Origin: an uncultured virus (IMG/VR IMGVR_UViG_3300048836_000452)
Lineage: Duplodnaviria > Heunggongvirae > Uroviricota > Caudoviricetes
Virus record (IMG/VR): IMGVR_UViG_3300048836_000452
Direction: 5' to 3' (one strand)
DNA length: 64,000 nucleotides
A program made the translations under genes and the position numbers. Positions 1 through 9,984 of this stretch are shown here, in pieces; position 1 is the stretch's first letter; each line of letters opens with the position of its first letter. The notes under the pieces are model-generated. The model was not told the DNA's origin and searched no databases. It saw nothing but the letters and a program-made list of their open reading frames with translations.

Positions 1-12
1 CTGGCGCTGATC

Positions 13-618
13 ATGCGGAACCGCGACACGGTGGCGGAGATGCCCAACATCGTGCGCCGCGCGCAGGGCTATCTCGTTTCGCGGCTCGACCACGACCTCT
101 TTCGCACTCAGGTCCCGTCCGCGCAGATCGGGGCGGACGGGATCATCGACCAAACCTCCTTCCCCGGAAAGGTCCTCGAGATCAGGTCGATCTCGGTGCA
201 GGTGTCTCCCGGATCGTGGCTTCCGCTTCTGCGGCGCAGCGAGGAGATGCTGATTGCGCTGCACACGGACAACCCGAGGGGGCAGCCGCGCTACTACACA
301 GTCACGGCAGACGGGGACATCCAGACGTTCCCCTCGCTTGGCGTTGCCGGCAAGCTGGCCCGGGTGACGGCCAACGTCGCGCCTCCGGTGCTCAGCCCCA
401 CCGTTCAGACGAACATCATCATCGAGCAGTTTCCTGAGCTGTTCGAGTTCGCGACAGCGATGGAGGCGGCAGTCTTCAACGTGGATGCGGCCACGACGCA
501 GCTCTACCAGGGGCGCATTCAGGAGACCCTGCCGGTGGCCAACGCGCAGATTTCGCGCCGCGCCCGGGATGAGAGCGGCCAGCGGACGGTCGAGACACGA
601 AACATCACGGGAGCATAG
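13..618 (+). CDS. Probable head-tail adaptor / tail tubular protein A-like (may start upstream of the window)
   Basis: ~200 aa ORF ahead of tail genes; 'PRGQPRYYT...FPELFEFATAMEAAVF' pattern resembles podophage adaptors. Confidence 0.5.
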   Translation: MRNRDTVAEMPNIVRRAQGYLVSRLDHDLFRTQVPSAQIGADGIIDQTSFPGKVLEIRSISVQVSPGSWLPLLRRSEEMLIALHTDNPRGQPRYYTVTADGDIQTFPSLGVAGKLARVTANVAPPVLSPTVQTNIIIEQFPELFEFATAMEAAVFNVDAATTQLYQGRIQETLPVANAQISRRARDESGQRTVETRNITGA

Positions 619-620
619 GC

Positions 621-980
621 ATGACTTGCGCGCTGCGGCACGACTTGAGACTTGTCCGTGGGGACAGCTTCAGCTTTTTCATCGGCCTGGCCTCGGGCTG
701 GGGGAACGTCGCGCAGGATCCTGCTCTCTACGAGGGGCGGCTCGTCTTCCGGGAGCGGCAGGACGACAGCCTGCCCGAGCTTCTGGTCATCACCACCACA
801 CCGCAACCGATCGACGAGCACCGCTTCCCGCAGTTGGATTACCTGCTGGACCTGTCCATGACGCCCGATCAGACGGCGAGCCTTCCGGAGTGGCCGGTGG
901 TATGCTTCTGCGAGATCAGGCTGGTTGACGGGACCTATGTGCGGCGGCTCTTTGAGGGGCAGGTCAGAAAGAGGGACTGA
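621..980 (+). CDS. Virion/tail-associated protein (BppU-N-like beta fold)
   Basis: 119 aa, 'LVRGDSF' start and 'RRLFEGQVR' end typical of this small family; tail-module position. Confidence 0.4.
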   Translation: MTCALRHDLRLVRGDSFSFFIGLASGWGNVAQDPALYEGRLVFRERQDDSLPELLVITTTPQPIDEHRFPQLDYLLDLSMTPDQTASLPEWPVVCFCEIRLVDGTYVRRLFEGQVRKRD

Positions 981-982
981 GG

Positions 983-1864
983 ATGAACCTTGCAGGCAAG
1001 TCGGCGACCGTCCTCGAGCAGGACCCCAACCTCATCGTGATCTATGACGGGCCGCGCGGGCTGCCCGGGAAGAAGGGCAACGATGGCAACAACGGGGCGC
1101 CGGGCCGCTCGATCATCGTGCGGGGCGACTGGAACAACCAGGTCCAGTATGGGCCGGGGGATGCCGTCACGTCCCGGTCGCTGGTCAGCCCGGGCCTGAC
1201 CTCGCTCTGGATTGTCAGAGACGGTGGCCAGCCGACGATTGGCCGCGCGCCGCACGAGGAGCCGAGCCAGTGGTCCGAGGTGTCCGCCGGCGGTGACGGC
1301 GCCGGAGGCGCTGTCTACCGGGTGCAGCAGGTGGCTCACCCCTTCACGACCATCGGTCAGCCTGTGGCCCGGTCGGAGCGCACCGGTCGGTATGAGCTTG
1401 CGGACGCCCGGGACCGGGACCTGCTGGCGATCGGTGTGGTCTGCGACATCACGAACCTGAACGAGTTCGCGGTGCAGACGACCGGGCGGCTTGAGAACGC
1501 CGGCCCGCTCCTGATCTTCGACCCCGTCGCCCCTGCGGGGCGCGGCTCGTCGGACTGGGTGCTGGGGCGCGTCTATTACCTCTCGACCCGGCCGGGGATG
1601 TACGAAGCGGCGGAGCCTTCCGCTCCGGGAGCCTACTTCCAGCCGATGGTGGTGCCGGTATCACCGACCGATCTGGTCCTGCTGACCTGGGGGCCGGAAA
1701 ATCTTCAGGTTCCGGTGGACATTCCGGCGGTGGAAACCGAGCAGGGGGTGGTGCCGGGCCGGGAGGGCCAGCTCTGGTATCGCCGCATCGACCACCCCGG
1801 CCTTTATGTGGCACTGTGGGATGCAACGCGGACGCGGCTGATGTGGGTGCAGGCGAATGGCTGA
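983..1864 (+). CDS. Tail-associated protein with short collagen-like repeat and carbohydrate-binding-like motif
   Basis: GPRGLPGKKGNDGNNGAPG (Gly-X-Y), then RGDWNNQVQYGPGDAV; C-terminal GQLWY...WVQ module. Confidence 0.55.
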   Translation: MNLAGKSATVLEQDPNLIVIYDGPRGLPGKKGNDGNNGAPGRSIIVRGDWNNQVQYGPGDAVTSRSLVSPGLTSLWIVRDGGQPTIGRAPHEEPSQWSEVSAGGDGAGGAVYRVQQVAHPFTTIGQPVARSERTGRYELADARDRDLLAIGVVCDITNLNEFAVQTTGRLENAGPLLIFDPVAPAGRGSSDWVLGRVYYLSTRPGMYEAAEPSAPGAYFQPMVVPVSPTDLVLLTWGPENLQVPVDIPAVETEQGVVPGREGQLWYRRIDHPGLYVALWDATRTRLMWVQANG

Positions 1865-2057
1865 GCGGCGAGGACTGACGGCGGCATATCCGTTTCCCGT
1901 CTCGCCCGGGGCGGCCTATCGGCCGCGCAACGAGGAGCGTTTCCGCGCGCAAATAGCGCAGAGCACTGCCGACATTCTGGACCGGCTTGCGGCGCTTGAA
2001 GAGGAACTGGCGGCGGCCAACGCACGGATCGCCGCGCTTGAGGGGGCAGGGCCATGA
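1857..2057 (+). CDS. Small coiled-coil protein
   Basis: Heptad-like ILDRLAALEEELAAANARIAALE; overlaps both neighbours. Confidence 0.5.
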   Translation: MAERRGLTAAYPFPVSPGAAYRPRNEERFRAQIAQSTADILDRLAALEEELAAANARIAALEGAGP

Positions 2058-2314
2058 ACAAGAAGGTGACGCCGGTCAAGCCGGGGGCCAAGAAGCCACC
2101 TTCGGGGCGGGTCTACTCGACCTATGACCAGGAGTATCAGAAAGACCCGGCCTACATTAAAAAGCAGGTGACCCGGAACCGCGACCGGCGCAAGGCGCAG
2201 GAGGAGGGTCGCGTGAAGAAGGGCAGCGGCAAGGACGTGCACCACGTCCATGGGGCCGCCAACGGCGGCCCGACGCGGGTGATCTCGGCCTCCAAGAACA
2301 GGAGCATGAAATGA
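2054..2314 (+). CDS. Small basic HNH-like protein
   Basis: GKDVHH...GG...RVISASKNRS, a degenerate HNH pattern common in phage structural modules. Confidence 0.5.
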   Translation: MNKKVTPVKPGAKKPPSGRVYSTYDQEYQKDPAYIKKQVTRNRDRRKAQEEGRVKKGSGKDVHHVHGAANGGPTRVISASKNRSMK

Positions 2315-5217
2315 GCCTGCAGTTCCCGATCCCGCAGTTCGTCGGCCAAGCCGTCCGCTACATGGGGACCAGCTGGGTCTGGGATGGCACCGGCTGGCAC
2401 GTTGATGACGTGGCCTCCCGCCTCGATCTTGCGCTGATCCCCGCGTACCTCGGACAGTTCGTCCATGTCGTTGCGGACGAACTTCCGCTGCCGTCCTCGA
2501 TCAGCCTCGGCGTGCCGGACATTTACGGTGCGACCTTCACTCTTTCCCCCATTCCTCCCCTGGAAGGCGTGAAGGTCTACCTGAACGGGTCGCTGCAGGT
2601 CCTCGATGACGGCAGCGGAAACATTGGCGACTATGTCATCAACCGGGCGGCCAACAGCATCGACTTCCTTGCGCCGCTGGACCGTTTCGACACGGTGACG
2701 ATCGGCGTCCTGATGCCGCCCGACGCCCTCGCCCCCGGCCGCGTGGATGTGCGGCCCATCAAGGACCTGGACACGGATTGGGTCACGGACCCGCAGAACC
2801 CGACCACCGGCATGGTGGACGGGGTTCGCCGCACCTTCGACCTCCTTGTCGACGTGGAGGGTGTCGGCCAGCAGTTCGCTGTCATCAGCCGGCCCTCCGA
2901 TCTGGCGGTGTTCGTGGCGGGCCTGCGGCAGCGCCCTGACGTTGATTACACCGTGGTGGGTGCCCGGGTGACCATGACGGTCGCGCCGGTCGCTGGCGTG
3001 CCCTTCTGGGCGCTCTGGTATCAGCCGGCGGGCGCATCGGCCGGAGGTGCTGTCGCACCCCCACAGCCGCCGCTGGACACGCGCCTGGCGTTCTACGGCT
3101 CCCGGCCCGGCGCGGGGATCGGCTGGCAGGACGCGCGAGGCCTCACGCTGACCGTTCCTACGGCAGGAGCGCGCACCGCACTTCGCCCTGACATCGACAT
3201 TCTGACCGGGAGCCTCGTTCTTCAGGCTGACACGCAGGACCTCTGGCGCTGGACCGGCGCGGCTTGGGTTCGCTACCTCGACGCTGGCACGTTCGCGGCC
3301 CGGCTGGGCGGGGTCACGCAGGTCCTGCGGTCCTCCACCGCGCTGCAGCGGCCTGCGGCCGCCAGCCTCTTGCCCGGGCAGCTCTGGCTGAACCTCCTCG
3401 ATGGGGTGGTCGGCTTTGGCAACGATGCGGGAGACCCTGTCGAACTGCTGGCGCGCGTGGCCGCATCTGCGGGAGCTCCGGATGCAGGCAAGATCCCCGC
3501 GCTGGGCGCGCAGGGCGTGCTGGATCAGAGCTTCTTCCTGGCGGGCATGCGGCCTTATGGAACGATCGACCCCGGCTCGCTGCCGATCACGGATTGGGAC
3601 AACGCACACCTGACGGGCACCACCGTGGTGCGCGGCGCGGCTGGCATCCCCAATGCACCACCCGGCCCGGCTCGGGCCTACGCCGGCCATTACATCGCGA
3701 TGGGGGATGCCGGCACGGGCGTCCTGACGGCCATGTCTCCCACGGGCGACACGGTCTTCGTCCGGCCGCGCAGCGGCGGGGCATGGGGCGCATGGATCCA
3801 GGTGAACTCCCCCGGCCTCGACATCTCGTCAGCCATGCTTCGGGCGAACAACCTGAGCGACGTGGCCAGCAAGCCTGCGGGGCGGACCAACCTTGAGGTG
3901 CTGTTCAATCAGCGCGCCCTCTACGCAGGAGACCTGAACGCGCTGATCGAGACTGGGCTCTACGCCCTTGGGATCGGCGTGACCAATGGCTGGCTGAATG
4001 ACGGCACTGGCGCGGGCGGCGAGGCCACCGTGGGCGATGCGGTCCTGCATATCGCGACGGGCGGCACCCTGGCCTACCAGCTGGGGTTCAACGTGCGCCC
4101 GACCGCGCCTGCGGCGCGGCCGCTGCGGATGCGCTTCCTGATCGGGCCGGCAACCTGGACGCCTTGGGCCAGCATCCTGACGGCAGACGAAGTGGTTGCG
4201 GCCTTCAATGCCTTCGGTCTGGGCACCAACACGACCGACAAGGACGCCAACGCCCTCGGCCTCACGACCGAGATGTTCTTTGCCACCGCCAACGGTCCGG
4301 CTACGGGGAACTCGTGGCACACCTGGATGCATGCCCGGGCCGCTGACGCGCGGGCGGCGCAGGTGGCGGTCGAGAGCAGCGCCTCGGGCAACCGCACCCG
4401 GCTGGCATGGCGCCAGCGCGGCGGATCGGGCGCCTGGGCTGCTTGGGCGGAGGCGCAGCCCATCCTGTCCGGAACCACCGCGCAGCGCCCCACGAGCGGG
4501 CTGGTGGCGGGCCTGATGTACTTCGACACCACCTTGGGGCGGCCCATCTACCGCAACGCCGGCAATACGGCCTGGGTGGACGTGCTGGACCAGGTGCCGC
4601 CCGGCACGACGGTCGGCGCGGCAGCGCCGGCCAACCCGGTTCCGGGGCAGCTCTGGTTCCGGACGGTCGCGCCGGTGGGCCTGTTCGTCTGGTTCGACGA
4701 TGGCGACAGCAGCCAGTGGGTGCAGACCTCCGGCGGCGGGCCGGCGCTTTCCGGACAGCAGGCCATCAGCACCGCAGGGTTGACGCAATGCGTCTTCCAG
4801 TTCCCCGAGGACATGAAGGAGTTCGCGTTCAACTTTGCCAACGTCAACTTTGACACGGGGGCAGGGCTGCTGCTTGATTTCGTCTTTGCAACAGGGCAGG
4901 CGAACTCGGTCGTGCGGCAGGTCAGCGGTGCAGTCTATGCCGTGCCCGTCGCTGTCTCAGGTGCCGTGGGTGCAGCGATCAATCTCGACAATGCCGAGGG
5001 CGGAACCAGCATCACCGGCATCATTCAGTTCGAGCGCGCGGCGCTGGTCAGCACGGTCCAGCTGATCTTCTCTGGCACGTATCGCCGCGGCGGCACGGTC
5101 ATCAACCTTGCGGGCGGTCGCATGATCGCGAACGATCCTGCAATGAGGCAGGTGCGCCTGCGTCCGTCTGCGGGGACCTTCGGCACCGGGCTGATCACGT
5201 CGAGGTGGAGCATCTGA
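2311..5217 (+). CDS. Tail fibre protein
   Basis: 968 aa Gly/Ala-rich; repeated knob-like ends (GAWGAW, WTPW, GAWAAW), NNLSDVA motif, GTTAQRP...YFDTTLG motif. Confidence 0.8.
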   Translation: MSLQFPIPQFVGQAVRYMGTSWVWDGTGWHVDDVASRLDLALIPAYLGQFVHVVADELPLPSSISLGVPDIYGATFTLSPIPPLEGVKVYLNGSLQVLDDGSGNIGDYVINRAANSIDFLAPLDRFDTVTIGVLMPPDALAPGRVDVRPIKDLDTDWVTDPQNPTTGMVDGVRRTFDLLVDVEGVGQQFAVISRPSDLAVFVAGLRQRPDVDYTVVGARVTMTVAPVAGVPFWALWYQPAGASAGGAVAPPQPPLDTRLAFYGSRPGAGIGWQDARGLTLTVPTAGARTALRPDIDILTGSLVLQADTQDLWRWTGAAWVRYLDAGTFAARLGGVTQVLRSSTALQRPAAASLLPGQLWLNLLDGVVGFGNDAGDPVELLARVAASAGAPDAGKIPALGAQGVLDQSFFLAGMRPYGTIDPGSLPITDWDNAHLTGTTVVRGAAGIPNAPPGPARAYAGHYIAMGDAGTGVLTAMSPTGDTVFVRPRSGGAWGAWIQVNSPGLDISSAMLRANNLSDVASKPAGRTNLEVLFNQRALYAGDLNALIETGLYALGIGVTNGWLNDGTGAGGEATVGDAVLHIATGGTLAYQLGFNVRPTAPAARPLRMRFLIGPATWTPWASILTADEVVAAFNAFGLGTNTTDKDANALGLTTEMFFATANGPATGNSWHTWMHARAADARAAQVAVESSASGNRTRLAWRQRGGSGAWAAWAEAQPILSGTTAQRPTSGLVAGLMYFDTTLGRPIYRNAGNTAWVDVLDQVPPGTTVGAAAPANPVPGQLWFRTVAPVGLFVWFDDGDSSQWVQTSGGGPALSGQQAISTAGLTQCVFQFPEDMKEFAFNFANVNFDTGAGLLLDFVFATGQANSVVRQVSGAVYAVPVAVSGAVGAAINLDNAEGGTSITGIIQFERAALVSTVQLIFSGTYRRGGTVINLAGGRMIANDPAMRQVRLRPSAGTFGTGLITSRWSI

Positions 5218-5218
5218 T

Positions 5219-5716
5219 TTGGCGCTGAACTTTCCCTCCAGTCCGGCGGTCGGACAGGTCTATTCCGCTGAGGGGGCAGACTTTGTCTGGTCGGGCGCCG
5301 TATGGGCCCCGCTGGACGGATCGAACTTCCCGTTTGCTACCCAGGCGGAGGCGCTGGCCGGGACACGCACGGACCGGGCCATGTCTCCCCTCACAACCGA
5401 TCAGGCCATCGTGGCGCGAAACTTCCAGCCGAGCGAGGGGTATGCCCCTCCGGTCAACGTGGTCTCTCAGCGCGTCGAGGCTCAGAACTACCAGAACAAC
5501 ACCGGCAGGAACCTCTTCTGGGCGGTTGATACCAGCAACGACATAAGCTGCATCATGCGGATCGGACCGACCGGGACGCTGGCGGGCTTTACCGTGGCCC
5601 GGCTGCTGGCACCCGCGACGAGGAACAACGCGACTGGCCTCCTGATCGTGCCGCCGACATGGTTCTACCGGCTGAACGGGGCCGGGGTTGCTATCCGGGC
5701 GTGGTGGGAGTGGTGA
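5219..5716 (+). CDS. Small tail-fibre-associated protein, paralog 1
   Basis: TTG start; MALNFPSSPAVGQ...FVWSGAVW; ATQAEALAGT; C-terminal VPPTWFYRL...WWEW. Confidence 0.7.
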   Translation: MALNFPSSPAVGQVYSAEGADFVWSGAVWAPLDGSNFPFATQAEALAGTRTDRAMSPLTTDQAIVARNFQPSEGYAPPVNVVSQRVEAQNYQNNTGRNLFWAVDTSNDISCIMRIGPTGTLAGFTVARLLAPATRNNATGLLIVPPTWFYRLNGAGVAIRAWWEW

Positions 5717-5717
5717 T

Positions 5718-6227
5718 GTGGCGCTGAGCTTCCCGAGTAATCCTGTCGTCAACCAGGTCTTCCAGAGCGAGGGGATCACCTTTGTCTGGAGCGGCGCTGT
5801 CTGGCATGTGCTGGACCCGTTCCCCTGGGCTGTCGCCGGGGCAGAGGCGGGGGTGATGACCCCCGACGCCACGCGGGTCGCCCTCAACGCTGTGCCTTCC
5901 GGGCGGGTGTTTTCTCAAGGCGTGCCGCAGGATTTTCTGGCCAACAGATCGGCCAACGTGAATTACCAATGGACCGGGAGCCGCCCGCTGATGGTGGCCA
6001 TCAGTTTCAGCGATCGGGACGACCAGTCCAATGCCGAGCTGCGGGTGGGTCCGACAAACGTGAACCCGCCCACGATCAACCTCGGTCAGGCGCAGGCCTT
6101 GCGGGGAACGGGAGTGGTTGAAAACACGATCATCGGGGTCGTGCCGGCCGGCTGGTGGTACCGGCTGAACGGCGTGGACCGGCGACCCTCTGCCACCGCC
6201 TGGTGGGAGTGGAGGAACGCGCCATGA
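5718..6227 (+). CDS. Small tail-fibre-associated protein, paralog 2
   Basis: GTG start at 5718; ALSFPSNPVVNQ...FVWSGAVW; VPAGWWYRL...WWEWR. Confidence 0.7.
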   Translation: MALSFPSNPVVNQVFQSEGITFVWSGAVWHVLDPFPWAVAGAEAGVMTPDATRVALNAVPSGRVFSQGVPQDFLANRSANVNYQWTGSRPLMVAISFSDRDDQSNAELRVGPTNVNPPTINLGQAQALRGTGVVENTIIGVVPAGWWYRLNGVDRRPSATAWWEWRNAP

Positions 6228-6721
6228 GCATCGTCTTCCCGAACAATCCGGCCGCCGGAGACACCTTCACGGACGAAGGGCGGACCTTCGTGTGGACTGG
6301 CGACGTGTGGCTCATCCGGCGCAACGAAATCCCGTGGGCAACTCCGCAGCAGGCCATTGAAGGCACGAGGGCGGACCTCGCCATGTCTCCTTCGACGGCA
6401 GAAGCCCGCATAAGCCAGATCGTCGCAGGCGGGACGGACAATCCCCTGTCGGGCACACCCACCAACATGCTCGCCAGTCGGGCACAGGACATTGTCTATC
6501 AGAACACCTTCAGCCGCCCGATGATCGTGAGCGTCTGGGGAAACACGGCGATCACCCTGAACCTGGGCGCCACGCAGGCGGCCGTGACCCGCTTCATGCG
6601 GCAGGGAAACCCGCAGGCCGGCGCCCCTGCCTGCCTTTTCGGCATCGTCCCCGCCGGCTGGTTCTACAGCTTCACCATCAACGCGACAGCGGTCTTCAGC
6701 GGCTGGGTCGAATACAGGTAA
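6224..6721 (+). CDS. Small tail-fibre-associated protein, paralog 3
   Basis: ATG overlapping previous stop; MSIVFPNNPAAGD...FVWTGDVW; VPAGWFYSF...WVEYR. Confidence 0.7.
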   Translation: MSIVFPNNPAAGDTFTDEGRTFVWTGDVWLIRRNEIPWATPQQAIEGTRADLAMSPSTAEARISQIVAGGTDNPLSGTPTNMLASRAQDIVYQNTFSRPMIVSVWGNTAITLNLGATQAAVTRFMRQGNPQAGAPACLFGIVPAGWFYSFTINATAVFSGWVEYR

Positions 6722-6788
6722 ATTCTCGGCCGGTGTGCTATGCTGGCCGCAATCTCTCGTGACTGTCACTTCGATCAAGGAGAAACTC

Positions 6789-7115
6789 ATGGACCTCATC
6801 ATCAACACGGGGAAGCTGGATCTGCGCCGCACCGTCACCTGGCCCCTCGCCACGGCGGCGATGAACGCGACCCTCCCGCGCTACGCGCCGGTCTGGTCGC
6901 TTGTCTGCGCCTCCATCCATCTGGTCGGGGCCGGAAGCGCGCTTCTGCAGGGCAGCAACGACGGGGTGAACTTCGTCACCCTCAAGGACCTGGCGGGGGA
7001 CGACCTCGATGTCGCCGCCGGCGCGCTGAAGGAGTTCTCCAGCGGAGCGGCCTTCATCAAGCCGCTGGTCACCGGGGGCCCGGTCAGCATCATCGTGACC
7101 CATTGGCAGGGGTGA
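6789..7115 (+). CDS. Hypothetical virion protein
   Basis: AAGGAG RBS before ATG 6789; LQGSNDGVNF motif. Confidence 0.55.
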   Translation: MDLIINTGKLDLRRTVTWPLATAAMNATLPRYAPVWSLVCASIHLVGAGSALLQGSNDGVNFVTLKDLAGDDLDVAAGALKEFSSGAAFIKPLVTGGPVSIIVTHWQG

Positions 7116-7119
7116 GCGC

Positions 7120-8211
7120 ATGTTCATCAATCTTGCAGCCCGCAGGCGCCGCGAGGGCGGCGCGGCCGCGCCGCCGGTCGATCCGCCGGTCAACACCAGC
7201 GACCCGACCCTCGCCCTGTCCGGGGACAATCAGGCCCTTCTCTATGGGGCAGGGGTCTGGACCGGGACGGCGCCCCTGACCATCACCGCGCGCCTTTTCG
7301 TGGGCGGGGTCGATACCGCCCCTGCGGCTCCATCCATGCCCATTCTGCCTGGATGGCGCGGAAAGTCCTGCGGCATCATCGAGGCCGCGACCAACCCTGC
7401 CGGTGGTGCTCCTGTCAACGCTCTATCGAACGAGGTGGTGCCACCAGCCCTGCCCTCGCTGGACCAGCAGGTTCAGGCGATCCTTGCAGGCCGACAGGGC
7501 ACCGTTTTCGATCTCGGCGACAACACGACCCGGTTCCAGGACAGCGCAGGAACGTCTCCGGTCACCGCGACCGGACAGGCGGTGCAAGCCGTAAGGTCCA
7601 AGTGGGGATCGCTGGCCTACACCTTCAGCACCGCAACCACCGCCAACGCCCCCCTGGCCGAGGCGGACGGCATCTTCTTCGACGGCGTGGATGATGTGCT
7701 CACTGGTGGGGCTGGCAGTCGTAGCTTCCTGAACAATGCCGCCGCCGTCAGCGTCGGGATCAGCTTCAAGCCCTCGACCGTTGGCACCGGCAACGGCACC
7801 CTTCTCTTCCTGTCGCGCAGCACAGGCACGGGCATCAACTGGCTCGATTTCATGCGGTCCGTCTCCACGCTGCGCTTCCTGTCCAAGCGGTCTGGGGGTG
7901 ACGCGAACGCGATCTTTACCTCGGCGGTGGGAACGCTGGCCATTGGGCAGCAGGCTGATGCCCTTCTGGAAAGCGACTTCGCTGGAACCGGGCGGATGGA
8001 GACGTGGCTGGACGGGAGCCAACTTGCGGGCGTTGACCTTGGTGGAACCATCGGGAACTCCGATGCCCTGAACAGCGCGGGCACCGCGCTGGGGGCCGTG
8101 AGCGCGGCGTCGTCCCGGTTCTTTGGCAGCATCAGGAAAGTCTTCCTCGCCCGGTTCAAGCTGACCCCGGCGGAGAAGGCGACGGTTCAAGCATGGTTGG
8201 AGGAAGTGTGA
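7120..8211 (+). CDS. Virion protein with LamG/concanavalin-like C-terminal domain
   Basis: FFDGVDDVL motif, beta-rich C-terminus ending FFGSIRKVFLARFKLTPAE. Confidence 0.55.
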   Translation: MFINLAARRRREGGAAAPPVDPPVNTSDPTLALSGDNQALLYGAGVWTGTAPLTITARLFVGGVDTAPAAPSMPILPGWRGKSCGIIEAATNPAGGAPVNALSNEVVPPALPSLDQQVQAILAGRQGTVFDLGDNTTRFQDSAGTSPVTATGQAVQAVRSKWGSLAYTFSTATTANAPLAEADGIFFDGVDDVLTGGAGSRSFLNNAAAVSVGISFKPSTVGTGNGTLLFLSRSTGTGINWLDFMRSVSTLRFLSKRSGGDANAIFTSAVGTLAIGQQADALLESDFAGTGRMETWLDGSQLAGVDLGGTIGNSDALNSAGTALGAVSAASSRFFGSIRKVFLARFKLTPAEKATVQAWLEEV

Positions 8212-8516
8212 TGGGCTTTTCGGCAATCATTCCCGCGGCGGACGCCGCTGACGCAAATGCTGCCCTCGAGGCGGCGGGCTACGGGGAGAACAACTTTTCC
8301 GTGCCCCTGATGTCTGACGAGTGGAAGGACGGCAATCCGCACGATGCCTACGGCATGAACGTCGGTGGCAACGTGCCGGACTTCCGCGCTGCGGTGGCCG
8401 CGATCCCGAACGTGGACATTCGCGACACCGACCTCGGGGCCGTCACCTTCGACGAGCATGCGGCCAGCCTCAGCCTGGTGCGGAAGCCTCCCGAACCCGT
8501 GGAGGCCGAAGAGTAG
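8211..8516 (+). CDS. Hypothetical protein
   Basis: TGATG coupling to previous gene, 101 aa. Confidence 0.55.
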   Translation: MGFSAIIPAADAADANAALEAAGYGENNFSVPLMSDEWKDGNPHDAYGMNVGGNVPDFRAAVAAIPNVDIRDTDLGAVTFDEHAASLSLVRKPPEPVEAEE

Positions 8517-8517
8517 C

Positions 8518-8844
8518 ATGGGGCCACGCAACGCCGCTTGGTTCGTGATGGGGCTGCTCTTGCTCCTCAGCACCCTCATGTGCGTCCACCTCCTGACCCT
8601 GTGGGTGTCCCTGACGGTCTGCGTCGATTACGCGGAGTTGCTCCTGGGATTGAAGGCTGCGGACCCGACCTTCTCGCAACCCCGGTCCGATCCGAGCTGC
8701 GCGAACTTCGAGGGCACGTTCAGCGAGGCCGTAGACAAGTATCTCTCGGTGATCCTCTCCCTGATCGGCGGGGCCGCCGTCTCCGGCGGCTACGCCTCTG
8801 TTGTCACCACCCCACCACCCAACCGAAAGGAAGACGAGCCATGA
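8518..8844 (+). CDS. Putative holin (two TM segments)
   Basis: Hydrophobic AWFVMGLLLLLSTLMCVHLLTLWVSLTV and YLSVILSLIGGAAV; directly upstream of the endolysin. Confidence 0.5.
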   Translation: MGPRNAAWFVMGLLLLLSTLMCVHLLTLWVSLTVCVDYAELLLGLKAADPTFSQPRSDPSCANFEGTFSEAVDKYLSVILSLIGGAAVSGGYASVVTTPPPNRKEDEP

Positions 8845-9326
8845 GCGAAGACCTCCTCCTGAACCTTGCGGCCTGGGCCGAGACGCAAGGCTTCGATCCG
8901 AAGAAGGACTACACCCTCCCGATCAGTGAAGGGGATGAGCCGCCCGCCGTAGAGCCGCCGCCCACGGCGCTGCCGCCAGGCTTCCTGTCGACGAACTTCC
9001 GGGCCTCCGAGTTCGCCTGCCGACATTGCGGCACCCTGCCGCCGGGCGGGATGAACCCGAAGCTGATCGAGTTTCTGCAGCGCATCCGCGACCACTATGG
9101 CGTGCCGGTCACCATCAACTCGGGCTACCGCTGCCCGACCCACAACGCCGCCGTAGGCGGCGCCCGCAACAGCCAGCACCTCCTCGGCACCGCTGCTGAC
9201 TTCGTGGTGCGCGGGATCAGCCCGGCACAGGTCTATCGGGATCTGGACCCGCTCTGGCCGGGCGGCCTGGGGCGCTACTCGAACTTCACCCACGTCGACG
9301 TTCGGAACGGCCGCGCCCGCTGGTAG
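8841..9326 (+). CDS. Endolysin, peptidase M15A family
   Basis: INSGYRCPTHN...SQHLLGTAADF...FTHVDVR Zn-peptidase motifs. Confidence 0.85.
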   Translation: MSEDLLLNLAAWAETQGFDPKKDYTLPISEGDEPPAVEPPPTALPPGFLSTNFRASEFACRHCGTLPPGGMNPKLIEFLQRIRDHYGVPVTINSGYRCPTHNAAVGGARNSQHLLGTAADFVVRGISPAQVYRDLDPLWPGGLGRYSNFTHVDVRNGRARW

Positions 9327-9398
9327 AGGCTCACCCGCTAACGACAACATGCGTTGTCGTTAGCGAAACCCCCTTTTGTGAACGACAAGGAGAAAGCC

Positions 9399-9563
9399 AT
9401 GTCCAAGAAGCCTGCCTCTGCCAACCAGAAGGCCCGGGCGCTGCGCGCCGAGGGGAAGTCGCCCGACAGCGCCCGCCGCATCGCCAACGCGCAGCGCAAG
9501 CCCGGTCAGCAGTCCGTCCAGGCCGTGCGCCGCAACAGCTCGAAGCCGGACGCGATCAAGTAA
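9399..9563 (+). CDS. Small basic protein
   Basis: AAGGAG RBS; ALRAEGKSPDSARRIANA. Confidence 0.55.
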   Translation: MSKKPASANQKARALRAEGKSPDSARRIANAQRKPGQQSVQAVRRNSSKPDAIK

Positions 9564-9984
9564 GCTTGTTGTCCTTGAAGATCTGACGCAGAGCCGCCCG
9601 CTCCCGCAGGAAGGCGGCTTTCGTCGTGACGACATAGGCGTCGTCCCCCTCTCCCACCTGCTTGTAGATCGCCCCCTGCAGGATCCCGGCGATGACCTCT
9701 GCCGGCACGGGCGGCTTCGCCGCCGCGACGAGGGCCGCCAGCCGACCAGGAGGGGCTTTCTTGATCGGGTCTTGATCCGTGCGCTGATGCACAATCGGCT
9801 CCGGGATGCGGTAGCCACAGGCCACCAGGAGGCCGCGCACCTCGTTCTGTGGCACTTGGTAGCGCAGCGCGATCGCGTTCAGCGCCTCGAGCGAGACGGC
9901 GGTGCCGGTGCCAGAGCTGGCCACATCCCGCATGATCAGCTTGCGCTTCGTGCTGGTGATGACCCTCGGATCAGAGATCTGCAT
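9556..9984 (-). CDS. Hypothetical protein
   Basis: ATG 9984; last gene of the coupled leftward operon. Confidence 0.55.
   Translation of the reverse strand: MQISDPRVITSTKRKLIMRDVASSGTGTAVSLEALNAIALRYQVPQNEVRGLLVACGYRIPEPIVHQRTDQDPIKKAPPGRLAALVAAAKPPVPAEVIAGILQGAIYKQVGEGDDAYVVTTKAAFLRERAALRQIFKDNKLT

Noticed and set aside
5219..6721. Paralogous tail genes as diversity-generating retroelement targets
   Set aside because: No reverse transcriptase and no near-identical template/variable repeat pair differing at adenines
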